A DNA stretch of 64,000 nt from Patescibacteria group bacterium (lineage in GTDB: Bacteria; Patescibacteriota; Patescibacteriia; UBA9570; JAHJKD01), in NCBI GenBank assembly GCA_043798935.1, contig JAZDOC010000019.1, forward strand, positions 10,322 through 74,321, read 5' to 3'. The notes under the pieces are model-generated. The model saw only the letters and a program-made list of their open reading frames with translations, was not told the origin of the DNA and searched no databases. Position 1 is the stretch's first letter. Each line of letters begins with the position of its first letter. A program made the position numbers and the translations under genes. Positions 43,757-53,924 of this stretch are shown in pieces.

Positions 43757-44626
43757 ATGAATTGGTTATATTTAGGCTGTATTTCGTTAGTAGCTTTTTC
43801 CACGATTAATATTTTTGATCGTAAATTTTTAGGTGAATTTAAAATACACCCCATGGTTTTTCCGGCAATTGCAACTACGCTCGGAACTTTTTTTACATTT
43901 ATTTTAACACTAATTATTATTGGTTGGCCTCAAGAAATTCCGATGAACGTAATCTATTACGGTATAATAATTGGTATATTTAATTTCACTAGTTCATCTT
44001 TTTTTTATTGGTCCTTATCACAAGCTTCCTTAGCAAAAGTTATCGCGCTAGATAGAATTAAACTTATTATTTCGTTAATCATTGCAGTTTTATTTTTTCA
44101 AGAAAAATTCATCTGGTTATGGATTCCTGGAGCGGTCCTGATTCTATTCGGCAATTATTTATTAATAAAAAAAAGTAATAGCATATCAACAAAACTGGAA
44201 TTAGGCGCTTTGCTAATGTTAATTTCTGGTTTTATTGGTGGTTTTCAAATTATTCCGGAAAAAATTGGTGTGACAATCGGCCTGCCTATTCTGGTAGCCT
44301 TAGTCGCCAGCGTCACTAGATCAATTCTTTATATATTAACCGCCGTAATATTTCGTCGTCATCATTTTAAACATTTTTTTTCGCGTTTACGAGTAGTTAA
44401 ATGGTCGATGGCATTGTTATTTAGAAGTTTTTGCAGTGCATCTGGCTGGGTTGCATTCTATTATGCATTAAATTTAGCTTTAATTAGTAAAATAACCCCG
44501 CTTTTACAACTCCGACCAGTATTAACAATATTTTTTGCCTGGTTTTTTCTAAAAGAGAAGGCGACAAATAAACGATTATTTGCTACAATAGTTATTACAA
44601 TTGGCGCATTATTAATTATATTATGA
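43757..44626 (+). CDS. EamA/DMT-superfamily transporter
   Basis: 289 aa, 10 TM in two 5-TM halves. Confidence 0.6.
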   Translation: MNWLYLGCISLVAFSTINIFDRKFLGEFKIHPMVFPAIATTLGTFFTFILTLIIIGWPQEIPMNVIYYGIIIGIFNFTSSSFFYWSLSQASLAKVIALDRIKLIISLIIAVLFFQEKFIWLWIPGAVLILFGNYLLIKKSNSISTKLELGALLMLISGFIGGFQIIPEKIGVTIGLPILVALVASVTRSILYILTAVIFRRHHFKHFFSRLRVVKWSMALLFRSFCSASGWVAFYYALNLALISKITPLLQLRPVLTIFFAWFFLKEKATNKRLFATIVITIGALLIIL

Positions 44627-45252
44627 TCGGTAAATTTATAGTTTTTGAAGGAGGCGAGGGAAGTGGAAAAACATTCCAAATTGCACTGCTTCAAAAAAAA
44701 TTAAAAAAATTAGGGAAAAAAGTTATAGTTACTCATGAACCTGGTGGCACTGCTCTGGCCGAACAGATTCGTCATGTTATTTTATTTCCGCAAAAAAAGA
44801 AACCCGAGGCTAAAACAGAACTTTTCTTATTTTTGGCGTCGCGACAGGAACACGTAGTTGAAAAATTAATACCCGCTTTAAAAAAAGGATATTATGTATT
44901 ATGTGATCGCTTTTCCGGTTCAACTCTAGCGTACCAAATCGGTGCACGCGGTTTAAAAGATGAAAAATTAATAATTGTCATGGATAAATTCGCTAAAAAT
45001 AATCTTAAAGAAGATTTAGTAATTTATTTAGATGTAGATCCAAAAATTGGTTTAGCTAGACGAAAAAAAGATACATTAGCAAATAATTTAACTAGTTTTG
45101 ATAAAGAAACTTTAACTTTTCATAATAAAGTTCGAAAATATTTTAATAAACTAGTTAAAAATAATAAAAACTGGGTAAAAATTAACGCTAATAAAACATT
45201 AAGTGAAAACGAAACCGAAATTTATGAAATTATTAGTAAAAAAATTAAATAG
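44623..45252 (+). CDS. tmk: Thymidylate kinase
   Basis: 209 aa. FIVFEGGEGSGKTF P-loop, DRF motif (CDRFSGST). Confidence 0.8.
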   Translation: MIGKFIVFEGGEGSGKTFQIALLQKKLKKLGKKVIVTHEPGGTALAEQIRHVILFPQKKKPEAKTELFLFLASRQEHVVEKLIPALKKGYYVLCDRFSGSTLAYQIGARGLKDEKLIIVMDKFAKNNLKEDLVIYLDVDPKIGLARRKKDTLANNLTSFDKETLTFHNKVRKYFNKLVKNNKNWVKINANKTLSENETEIYEIISKKIK

Positions 45253-45649
45253 TTTAGCCAAACTTCCAGTTTATGCTCATGAAACCGATGCCGGAATGGA
45301 TATTTTTTCATTCGAAGAATATATGCTAAAACCGAATGAACGGCATTTATTTAAAACCGGAATTGCCATTAGTATTCCAGAAAATCATGTGGCTCTGGTT
45401 TGGGATAAAAGTGGTTTAGCCGTAAACAATGGAATTAAAACCATGGCTGGAGTAATCGACGAAGCTTATCGCGGAGAAGTCCAAATATTGATAATCAACT
45501 TATCTAATAAAAATTATCTGGTACAACAGCATCAAAAAATAGCCCAGTTAATTATTCAGTGTAAAGAAACAGTAGAAATTAACGAAGTTAATGATTTAAA
45601 TAACACCGATCGTGGTCAGAAAGGTTTTGGTAGCACCGGATTAAATTAA
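45224..45649 (+). CDS. dut: dUTP diphosphatase
   Basis: ORF open from GTG 45203, but ATG 45224 gives a canonical N-terminus MKLLVKKLNSLAKLPVYAHETDAGMD. Motifs KSGLA..G and GVIDEAYRGE. Confidence 0.85.
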   Translation: MKLLVKKLNSLAKLPVYAHETDAGMDIFSFEEYMLKPNERHLFKTGIAISIPENHVALVWDKSGLAVNNGIKTMAGVIDEAYRGEVQILIINLSNKNYLVQQHQKIAQLIIQCKETVEINEVNDLNNTDRGQKGFGSTGLN

Positions 45650-45653
45650 TTTT

Positions 45654-46379
45654 ATGGAAAAAGAGTTAAAAAAAATTATTGCATTTATTCAAAAAAACGT
45701 GGGTCGAATGAATATTGTAATTGGCTTAAGCGGTGGATTAGATTCATCCGTTTGCGCTTTTTTATCGCACCGAGCAATTTCCAAAGAAAAAATATATGCC
45801 TTAATTATGCCATCGCAATTTACCCCGAAACAAGACATTAAAAATGCCCAATTAGTTGCTAATATTTTAGAAATTGAAAATGAAATTATTAATATTGATT
45901 CGATTATTAAAGTTTATACAGAACAAACAGATTTTATTAAAACAAAAAAAACTCTGGGCAATTTACAAGCACGCGTCAGAATGAGTTTGTTGTATGCTAT
46001 GGCAAATAGTAGTAATAGCTTAGTAATGGGTACGGGTAATAAAAGTGAAATAATGACCGGCTATTCCACAAAGCACGGCGATGGGGGCGTGGATTTACTG
46101 CCGATTGGCGATTTATATAAGACTCAAGTAAGAGAATTAGCAAAATTTATAAATGTACCAGAGGGTATTATTAATGCAAAGCCAACGGCCGGATTATGGA
46201 ATAATCAATATGATGAAGATGAATTAAAAATCACCTATAGCAAATTAGATAAAATATTATCATGCCTGGAAGCTAAAAAAAGCACTAAGCATTTTAATTC
46301 TCATGATGTTGATCTAGTTCAACAATATATAAAACTGTCAGAGCATAAACGCAAAAAAATACCAATTTGTAAAATATGA
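45654..46379 (+). CDS. nadE: NH3-dependent NAD+ synthetase
   Basis: 241 aa. PP-loop GLSGGLDSSV. Confidence 0.85.
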   Translation: MEKELKKIIAFIQKNVGRMNIVIGLSGGLDSSVCAFLSHRAISKEKIYALIMPSQFTPKQDIKNAQLVANILEIENEIINIDSIIKVYTEQTDFIKTKKTLGNLQARVRMSLLYAMANSSNSLVMGTGNKSEIMTGYSTKHGDGGVDLLPIGDLYKTQVRELAKFINVPEGIINAKPTAGLWNNQYDEDELKITYSKLDKILSCLEAKKSTKHFNSHDVDLVQQYIKLSEHKRKKIPICKI

Positions 46380-46891
46380 ATAAACTCAATGCATTATTTA
46401 TCGGTCGCTTTCAGCCTTTTCATCTGGGTCATTTATCAGTAGTGGAACAATTAGCCCGCGATATAAATATTGGTCACATTATTATTGGTGTCGGCAGTTC
46501 TCAGTATCACTCGACATTAGAAAACCCATACACTTTTAAGGAGCGCGAAACAATCATTAATGCCTGTCTAACATCACGGATATCAAAAACATTTTCAGTC
46601 TGTGCTATTCCTGACATTCATAATGCAGAAACTTGGGTTAATCATGTTAAAGCGTTAGTGGAAAATTTTGATGTTGTTTATACTGGAAACAACTGGGTTA
46701 AATCTTTGTTTGACAAAAAAAATGTTCCAACTCATGATGTTGAATTCAAAGTAGATATTACTGGAACCAAACTACGCCAAATGATATTCAGTAAAAATAA
46801 CAAAGAATGGAAAAAATACGTTTGTTCTAACAGTATAAATTTAATTCAAAATGCGAAACAACGATTTGATCAAGAAAATCAATCAGCTTAA
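46376..46891 (+). CDS. nadM: Nicotinamide/nicotinate mononucleotide adenylyltransferase, archaeal NadM type
   Basis: 171 aa. GRFQPFHLGH (H/T)xGH nucleotidyltransferase motif as in archaeal NMNAT. Overlaps the nadE stop (ATGA). Confidence 0.7.
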   Translation: MNKLNALFIGRFQPFHLGHLSVVEQLARDINIGHIIIGVGSSQYHSTLENPYTFKERETIINACLTSRISKTFSVCAIPDIHNAETWVNHVKALVENFDVVYTGNNWVKSLFDKKNVPTHDVEFKVDITGTKLRQMIFSKNNKEWKKYVCSNSINLIQNAKQRFDQENQSA

Positions 46892-47756
46892 AAAGAAAAA
46901 AAACGCTGTTATCTTGGTTCATAATTATCAATATCCGGAAATTTATGATGTGGCCGATTATATTGGTGATTCATTAGAATTAGCCCGAGCCGCAGCAAAA
47001 ACCAATGCCAAAATCATAGTTTTTTGTGGTGTTGATTTTATGGCCGAATCAGCCAAAATATTAAATCCGGAAAAAAAAGTTTTATTACCGGCTCTTACAG
47101 CCCGTTGCCCTATGGCCGCCATGGTAGATATTAAAGAGCTAAAAAAAATGCAACTTAAATATCCGAAAGCAAAAACAGTTTGCTATGTTAATACCACGGC
47201 TGAAACCAAGGCTAACTGCGATGTTTGTTGTACTTCTGCTAACGCCGTTAAAGTAGTTGCTAGCGTAAAAAATAAACAAATTATCTTTGCGCCCGATAAA
47301 AATTTAGCTCTTTACGTTCAATCACAATTACCTAAGAAAAAAATTATTCCATGGAATGGATTTTGCTATGTACACTCTAAAATTTTAAAAGAACAGATTA
47401 AACAAGCTAAAGACAAACATCCTCAAGCTGTAGTAATTGCTCATCCCGAATGTCCATCCGACATTATTAATTACGCCGATTATATAGCATCTACTTCGCA
47501 GATGATTTCTATTTCTAAAAAATCTAAAGCTAAAGAATTCATTATCGCTACTGAAGGCGGTATGATCAATCGTTTACAACGTGAAGTAAAAAATAAAAAG
47601 TTTTTTGCAGTTGGCGGTTTTTGCATTCAAATGAAAAAAAATTCATTAAGCAAAATTCATGATGTTTTAATTAATGAAACAAACGAGATAGTTGTGCCCG
47701 AAAAAATTCGTAAATTAGCAAAAAAATCGCTAGATAAAATGCTTAAAATAAAATAA
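46851..47756 (+). CDS. nadA: Quinolinate synthase
   Basis: 301 aa. NAVILVHNYQ near the N-terminus and conserved Cys for the 4Fe-4S cluster. Confidence 0.85.
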   Translation: MRNNDLIKKINQLKKKKNAVILVHNYQYPEIYDVADYIGDSLELARAAAKTNAKIIVFCGVDFMAESAKILNPEKKVLLPALTARCPMAAMVDIKELKKMQLKYPKAKTVCYVNTTAETKANCDVCCTSANAVKVVASVKNKQIIFAPDKNLALYVQSQLPKKKIIPWNGFCYVHSKILKEQIKQAKDKHPQAVVIAHPECPSDIINYADYIASTSQMISISKKSKAKEFIIATEGGMINRLQREVKNKKFFAVGGFCIQMKKNSLSKIHDVLINETNEIVVPEKIRKLAKKSLDKMLKIK

Positions 47757-47757
47757 T

Positions 47758-48651
47758 ATGAATATTAAAACAAAAAATTTAAAAAAATATTATATTCAGA
47801 AAAATTCTCTTGATATTAAAAATAAAAATTATTTAACCGAGTTAAAACAATTTTATCAAAATTTTTTAAATAATGATTTGCAAAAAACAGGGGACATTAC
47901 TACAAACATGCTGTTAGGCAATAAAAAATGCATTGTTAATGCGGCAATATATGGCAAAGAAAATGGCGTTATTGCAGGTGTTGAAGAAATCAGATGGATT
48001 TTAAAACAAAACAAAATAAAATTTATTCAACATGTAAAAGACGGTGAATATATAAAAAATAAACAAGTAATTTTAGAGTTAAAAGGCGATTTAAAAACCA
48101 TATTAAAAATCGAAAGAATATTATTAAATCTTTTACAACGTCTGAGCGGAATTGCCACTTGTACTAATTATTACAATGAGATTATTAAATCTCGTTGTTT
48201 AATTACAGCTACACGCAAAACATACTGGGGCCTTTTAGATAAAAAAGCAGTGGTCGTCGGCGGTGGCGGTACGCACCGCTTAGGTTTATATGATTTTATT
48301 TTAATTAAGGATAATCATATTCAGGCAATTAAAAATAATTTAGAGAGAAAAATAAAATTAATTAAACAAAATAAACTATTTTGGGAAATTGAAGTTTCAA
48401 CTTTCGAGCAAGCAATTGATTTTGCTAAATTTATGCCTGACGCCATAATGTTTGATAATTTTAAACCTCGGATTATTAAGAAAGCATTAAAATTATTAAA
48501 GCCACAATATCCAAAAATGCTTTTTGAAGCGTCTGGAAATATCGATGCTGAAAATATAAAAAAATATTCCAAAACCGGCGTTGATATAATATCGATCGGC
48601 AAGCTCACTCATTCCGTAGACAATTTAGATATCAGCTTAGATATATTATAA
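47758..48651 (+). CDS. nadC: Nicotinate-nucleotide pyrophosphorylase (carboxylating)
   Basis: 297 aa. TRKT..GLR-like blocks (ATRKTYWGLLDK) and IMFDNF. Confidence 0.8.
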   Translation: MNIKTKNLKKYYIQKNSLDIKNKNYLTELKQFYQNFLNNDLQKTGDITTNMLLGNKKCIVNAAIYGKENGVIAGVEEIRWILKQNKIKFIQHVKDGEYIKNKQVILELKGDLKTILKIERILLNLLQRLSGIATCTNYYNEIIKSRCLITATRKTYWGLLDKKAVVVGGGGTHRLGLYDFILIKDNHIQAIKNNLERKIKLIKQNKLFWEIEVSTFEQAIDFAKFMPDAIMFDNFKPRIIKKALKLLKPQYPKMLFEASGNIDAENIKKYSKTGVDIISIGKLTHSVDNLDISLDIL

Positions 48652-48653
48652 TT

Positions 48654-50141
48654 ATGAACAATAAATACGATTTTATAGTTATCGGTTCGGGTGTAGCTGG
48701 TTTAAATTTTGCCTTGCAAGCGTCTAGTTACGGTACAGTAGCTATTATCACAAAAAAAGAATTAATGGAGAGTAATTCCAATTATGCCCAAGGTGGAATA
48801 GCGGCTGTAATCGATAAACATGATAGCACGCAAAAACATATTGCCGATACTTTAAAAGCCGGATGCAACATAAACAATAAACACGCTGTTGAAGTGATGG
48901 TAAAAGAAGCGCCTAAACAAATTCAGCATTTATTAGATATCGGCGTTGGTTTTAATAAAACTAATGGGCAACTCGATTTAACTCAGGAAGGTGGGCACAG
49001 CGCCAGGAGAATTGCTCATGCTAAAGACGCAACCGGAAAAGAAATTGAACGCGCTCTAATTTATAATGTCCGGCAACATAAAAGAATATCAATTTTTGAA
49101 TCTCACTTAGCATTTAAATTACTTGTAAAAAACAACATTTGTTCCGGGGTTTTAGTTTTAAATAACGATTCAAATAAAGTCGATCAATTTAACGCTCAGT
49201 GTGTTATAATTGCCACTGGAGGCGCGGCGCAAATATTTAAACGTAATTGTAATCCTAAAATTGCCACCGGTGACGGTGTTTCCATGGCTTTTACTGCCGG
49301 AGCAAAAATTAAAGATTTAGAATTCATTCAATTTCATCCCACAGCACTGGCTTTAAAAAACAAGCCGGCATTTTTAATTTCTGAAACTGTGCGCGGCGAA
49401 GGTGGAATTCTAGTTAATTCAAAACATGAAAAATTCATGGCTAAATATCATCCCCTAAAAGACCTAGCACCTCGTGATATTGTTAGTCGAGCGATTTATA
49501 ATGAATTAAAAAAAGGACCAGTTTATATCGATATTAAATCGCGCGGAAAAAAATATTTAAAAACCAGGTTTCCCTACATATATGACCAGCTTTGGTGGTA
49601 TGGAATTTTTATGGATAAAGATTTAATACCAATTGCCCCAGCCGCTCATTATATGTGTGGCGGAATAGCTACTGATACTTATGGTCGAACAAATATTATG
49701 GGATTGTTTGCTTTTGGCGAAGTAGCTTGTACGGGCGTTCATGGTGCTAATCGTTTAGCTTCGAATTCACTTTTAGAATGTTTGGTCTTTTCTAATCGCG
49801 CTTTGAAATCGGCAATGAAATATTCTAAACAATCTAAATATCAAATTTTTACGACAAAAAAGCCAAGATATCTGGCGATTGATTTAAATAAAATTAATCT
49901 TCTGAAAAAAAATATTCAACGAATTATGTGGAAAAATGTTAGTATCGAAAGAGAAGTAAAAAAAATGCATAAAACACTAAATAAGCTTAATGAAATTAAA
50001 AACACCTTAGATAAATTATATATAAAAGGTGTAAATAGAAATTTAATTGAAGTAAAAAATCTATGCCAAGTAGCAATATTAGTTACAACTTCCGCAATTA
50101 ACCGAAAACAAAGCATTGGCTGTCATTTCTTAAAAACATAA
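48654..50141 (+). CDS. nadB: L-aspartate oxidase
   Basis: 495 aa. FAD-binding VIGSGVAGL and the succinate-dehydrogenase/fumarate-reductase flavoprotein fold. Confidence 0.85.
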   Translation: MNNKYDFIVIGSGVAGLNFALQASSYGTVAIITKKELMESNSNYAQGGIAAVIDKHDSTQKHIADTLKAGCNINNKHAVEVMVKEAPKQIQHLLDIGVGFNKTNGQLDLTQEGGHSARRIAHAKDATGKEIERALIYNVRQHKRISIFESHLAFKLLVKNNICSGVLVLNNDSNKVDQFNAQCVIIATGGAAQIFKRNCNPKIATGDGVSMAFTAGAKIKDLEFIQFHPTALALKNKPAFLISETVRGEGGILVNSKHEKFMAKYHPLKDLAPRDIVSRAIYNELKKGPVYIDIKSRGKKYLKTRFPYIYDQLWWYGIFMDKDLIPIAPAAHYMCGGIATDTYGRTNIMGLFAFGEVACTGVHGANRLASNSLLECLVFSNRALKSAMKYSKQSKYQIFTTKKPRYLAIDLNKINLLKKNIQRIMWKNVSIEREVKKMHKTLNKLNEIKNTLDKLYIKGVNRNLIEVKNLCQVAILVTTSAINRKQSIGCHFLKT

Positions 50142-50185
50142 TTTTCCTTGATTATTATTATTTATTTTGATAACCTACATTAAAT

Positions 50186-51685
50186 ATGATAAAATATGAA
50201 GCTGTTATTGGATTAGAAATTCACATCCAATTAGCCACCAAATCAAAAATGTTCTGCGGTTCCGATAATAAAGACACCCTAGAACCCAATGTTAACGTCT
50301 GCCCAATTTGTATGGGTCATCCTGGTACTTTACCGGCCGTTAACCGTGAAGCTGTTGAAATGGGTATTATTTTAGGGTTAGCTTTAAACTGTGAAATTAA
50401 CAAAGAAACTAAGTTTGATCGTAAACATTATTTTTATCCTGACTTGCCAAAAGGATACCAAATATCTCAATACGACGAACCATTAGCTAAAAAAGGCACT
50501 TTAATGGTTTATCCAGACGGCTTATCAGGATACACTATCAGAATCAACCGTCTTCATCTGGAAGAAGATGCGGCTAAAAATATTCATACCGCAAATGGAA
50601 CTTTAATCGATTTTAACCGCGCTGGTACACCGCTAGCTGAAATTGTAACCGAACCAGATATAAAAACACCGCTTGAAGCCAGATTGTTTTTACAAGAACT
50701 GCAAATGATAGCCAGATATTTAAATGTATCTAATGCCGATATGGAAAAAGGTAATTTGCGATGCGATGCAAACATATCCATGCGTCCGGTTGGCGAAGAT
50801 GCTTTATATCCAAAAATTGAAATTAAAAATTTAAATTCATTTCGATCGGTTGAGCACGCTCTAAAATATGAAATTGAAAGACAAGCTAAATTGTGGGAAG
50901 AAAATAATGCTCCAGAAAAAGAAGAGACCAGAGGTTGGGATGAAAAAAAACAAGAAACAGTATTACAGCGCACCAAAGAAGACGCGGCTGATTATCGATA
51001 TTTCCCTGAGCCCGATATTCCGCCATTAACTTTTACCGATCAAGAAATACAAACGTATAAAATGCGCTTGCCTGAATTACCACACGATCGACGAGAACGT
51101 TTTAAAGACGAATATTTTTTAAACTATGTTGATGCTAAAGTAATAACTTCCGATCCCAGGGTTAGTGATTTTTATGAAAATAGCATTTCCGAACTGCGCG
51201 CTTGGCTAAATTCTTTAGATAACACTAATGGTTCAGATGATGAAATTTGGAATAAAAACGGCGAAAAATTATGCCGGATAGCTAAAAATTGGTTAACCAC
51301 GGATATTTTTGGATTATTAGCAAAAACAAACCAGGATTTCCGGGATTTAAAAATTACTCCAGAGAACTTTGCTGAATTTATTACGCTTATTTATGAAAAT
51401 AAAATTAATTCATCAGCGGCCCAAGCTATCTTAAAAATTATGTTCGATCGTGGCGCTGATCCTTCACAGGTTATGGAAGAAGAGAATTTAGAACAAATTC
51501 AAGACCAGGATTCTTTATCGACTGCTTGCGATGAAGCTATAAAAATTAATCCAGTTTCTGTTGAAGATTTTAAAAATGGCAAAGACAAAGCCTTAATGTT
51601 TTTAGTCGGTCAAGTAATGAAACAAATGAAAGGCAAAGCTAATCCACAAATAATTACAGATTTGCTTCGAGATAAATTAAAATAA
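50186..51685 (+). CDS. gatB: Asp/Glu-tRNA(Asn/Gln) amidotransferase subunit B
   Basis: 499 aa. MIKYEAVIGLEIHIQL N-terminus and C-terminal GatB/YqeY domain. Confidence 0.9.
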   Translation: MIKYEAVIGLEIHIQLATKSKMFCGSDNKDTLEPNVNVCPICMGHPGTLPAVNREAVEMGIILGLALNCEINKETKFDRKHYFYPDLPKGYQISQYDEPLAKKGTLMVYPDGLSGYTIRINRLHLEEDAAKNIHTANGTLIDFNRAGTPLAEIVTEPDIKTPLEARLFLQELQMIARYLNVSNADMEKGNLRCDANISMRPVGEDALYPKIEIKNLNSFRSVEHALKYEIERQAKLWEENNAPEKEETRGWDEKKQETVLQRTKEDAADYRYFPEPDIPPLTFTDQEIQTYKMRLPELPHDRRERFKDEYFLNYVDAKVITSDPRVSDFYENSISELRAWLNSLDNTNGSDDEIWNKNGEKLCRIAKNWLTTDIFGLLAKTNQDFRDLKITPENFAEFITLIYENKINSSAAQAILKIMFDRGADPSQVMEEENLEQIQDQDSLSTACDEAIKINPVSVEDFKNGKDKALMFLVGQVMKQMKGKANPQIITDLLRDKLK

Positions 51686-52060
51686 GATTTTTTAATAATT
51701 TTAAAAATTAAATTATGATAAACAATATGCAATGCTACTAGCGAAGGGGCAATGTTTTATTTTAGTTTGGATCATGTTGTTTGTCTTTGTGCTTATTACG
51801 CTGGAGAATATACTTATCGACATATTGATGACATGACAGTTGAATGCTTAGGGGCTGAGTAATGTTTTATTGTGGAAAACTATAAATTAATAGGCTTGTT
51901 ATTTTAAAAAACATCTGTTAGTATACTACGGAGAGTTTATTAAGTAAGGTTAATAAATTTAATGAAAATTGAATCTACAGCTAAATTCGATCAATTAACT
52001 AAAAGTGTTTTTTAACTCCGTAAATCGGGGTTTTTTTATAAATTAATATACATTAATATC

Positions 52061-52939
52061 ATGAACTGGATACTATTATCAATCTTAGCCGCCGGTCTAT
52101 ACACAGTTATTTATGTAATTGATAAGTTAATGATTGATAATCTCATTAAAAAACCAAGCTTGGCAGCAGCTGTTTCTAGTTTAAGCACATTTGCATTTTT
52201 TATCGCTACTTCGATTATCAAAACTGATATAACATTTGATAATCCAAAAATTATCGTTTTATCTTTATTGGCTGGTGTTGTAAATGGTCTTACTATATTG
52301 TTATATTACTACATTTTAAGTAAAGAAGAGATGTCGCGTTTCATTCCGGTTTTATCTTTAATGCCGGCTTTTGTAATTATACTTTCTTATTTTATTCTTA
52401 ATGAAACTTTCTCAACCATTATTTATGTTGGTATATTTTTAGTAATTATTGGTTCGATATTAATATCTTTAAAAAAATCAGATTTAAAAATAAAATTAAA
52501 CCTATCTTTTTTATTGGCTATATTAACAGCCATGGGGTTTGCTGTAAAAAATGTTTTAATTAAATTAGGTTCACAAAGTATAGATGTGCACGAAGTTAAT
52601 TATTGGCTAGGTATAGGCGCAGGTCTAATGTTTTTCATATTTTTAACTAAAGGATGGGATAAGAATAAAAAAATAATAAAAGCATCAACAATACTATTTT
52701 TTGTTGATTTAATATCAGCCGGAACATTTTATGTTTTAGCAATAGCTTTATCGCATGGTCCAGCATCGCTTGTGTCTTCAATGATCCAGTTAAAATTAGT
52801 GTTTACTTTTATAGTAGCTATAATATTTTCAGTCTTCTTCCCGAAAATATTAAAAGAAAAATTAAGCAAATTTATTATAATTCAAAAGACTTTCGCGATT
52901 ATTATAATTATTTTCGGAGCATTATTAATAATTAATTAG
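52061..52939 (+). CDS. EamA/DMT-superfamily transporter
   Basis: 292 aa, 10 TM. Confidence 0.6.
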   Translation: MNWILLSILAAGLYTVIYVIDKLMIDNLIKKPSLAAAVSSLSTFAFFIATSIIKTDITFDNPKIIVLSLLAGVVNGLTILLYYYILSKEEMSRFIPVLSLMPAFVIILSYFILNETFSTIIYVGIFLVIIGSILISLKKSDLKIKLNLSFLLAILTAMGFAVKNVLIKLGSQSIDVHEVNYWLGIGAGLMFFIFLTKGWDKNKKIIKASTILFFVDLISAGTFYVLAIALSHGPASLVSSMIQLKLVFTFIVAIIFSVFFPKILKEKLSKFIIIQKTFAIIIIIFGALLIIN

Positions 52940-52950
52940 AACAAAATATC

Positions 52951-53922
52951 ATGGAAAAATGGGATCTTAAAAATCAAATGTTAGAAGCTGTAAAAGCTAA
53001 AGGCGGGTGGGTTAATTTACACGGTCATTTTGACAAGGCTTACTATATTAGTAAAGAAGGATTAGAAAAATCTATGTTAGACATGGAAGCAAAATGGAGA
53101 TTAAGCGATGAATTAAAAAGAACTGCTACTCAAGAAGAAGTTGAAACCAGAATTAAAACTGCATTAGATAAATTAATAGAGCAGGGAACTCAGGCTACAG
53201 TTAGTTTTATCGACGCGTACGACGCAGTTGGACACAAAAATATTGACGCTGCATTAAAAATTCAAGAAGAATGTAAAGATAAAATTATTTTTAAAATTGC
53301 AACTCAACCGTTAGGTGGACTTAATGATAAAAAAGCTAGAAATTTATATGAGGAAATTACAGCTAAAGCTGACTTTGCCGGTGGACTACCTTCTTATGAT
53401 AGGCCAAATGATGATGAAAATTATGATCATTTATTTTCAATCGCAAAAAATTTAAACAAAGCAATTCATGTTCATATTGATCAAGAAAACAATCCTGACG
53501 AAAGAGATACTGAAAAATTAATTAAATACACAAAAAAATATGGCTATGAAGGTAGAGTAGTAGAAATTCATGCATTATCAGTTTCTGCTCAACCAAAGGA
53601 ATACAGAACAAGAATATATAAAGAAATGGCTGATCTAGGTATAAAGGTTGTAGTTTGTCCGGCAGCTGCGTTAGCTATGAGACAATTGGATCCTAAAATA
53701 GCACCTCTACATAATTCAATTGCTAATGTGCCAGAAATGTTGGAAACAGGTGTTACAGTAGGGTTAGGAGTAGATAATATTTATGATTTTTATCAACCAT
53801 TCATTGACGCTGATATGTGGGTTGAGATGAGGATGCTGCAGGAGGCATGCAGGTATTACCGATTTGATTCGCTTGTTGATATTGCCACTACTAATGGACT
53901 AGAAATTTTAAACATTAAATAA
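52951..53922 (+). CDS. Amidohydrolase-superfamily protein, cytosine-deaminase (CodA)-like
   Basis: 323 aa. N-terminal HxH (NLHGHFD). Central HVHIDQE..E (cf. CodA HCDE). C-terminal GLGVDN..D..P acidic cluster. Confidence 0.5.
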   Translation: MEKWDLKNQMLEAVKAKGGWVNLHGHFDKAYYISKEGLEKSMLDMEAKWRLSDELKRTATQEEVETRIKTALDKLIEQGTQATVSFIDAYDAVGHKNIDAALKIQEECKDKIIFKIATQPLGGLNDKKARNLYEEITAKADFAGGLPSYDRPNDDENYDHLFSIAKNLNKAIHVHIDQENNPDERDTEKLIKYTKKYGYEGRVVEIHALSVSAQPKEYRTRIYKEMADLGIKVVVCPAAALAMRQLDPKIAPLHNSIANVPEMLETGVTVGLGVDNIYDFYQPFIDADMWVEMRMLQEACRYYRFDSLVDIATTNGLEILNIK

Positions 53923-53924
53923 AT

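Noticed and set aside
45203-45223. GTG start at 45203 for dut (50-nt overlap with tmk)
   Set aside because: ATG 45224 yields the canonical dUTPase N-terminus (MKLLVKKLNSLAKLP) and reduces the overlap.
51848-52040. tmRNA (ssrA) gene, suggested by GGGGCTGA matching the tmRNA 5' end
   Set aside because: No tRNA-like 3' end (T-loop GGTTCGAnTCC plus a complementary CAGCCCC-ACCA acceptor strand) could be found on either strand within the region. Left as an open question in the findings.
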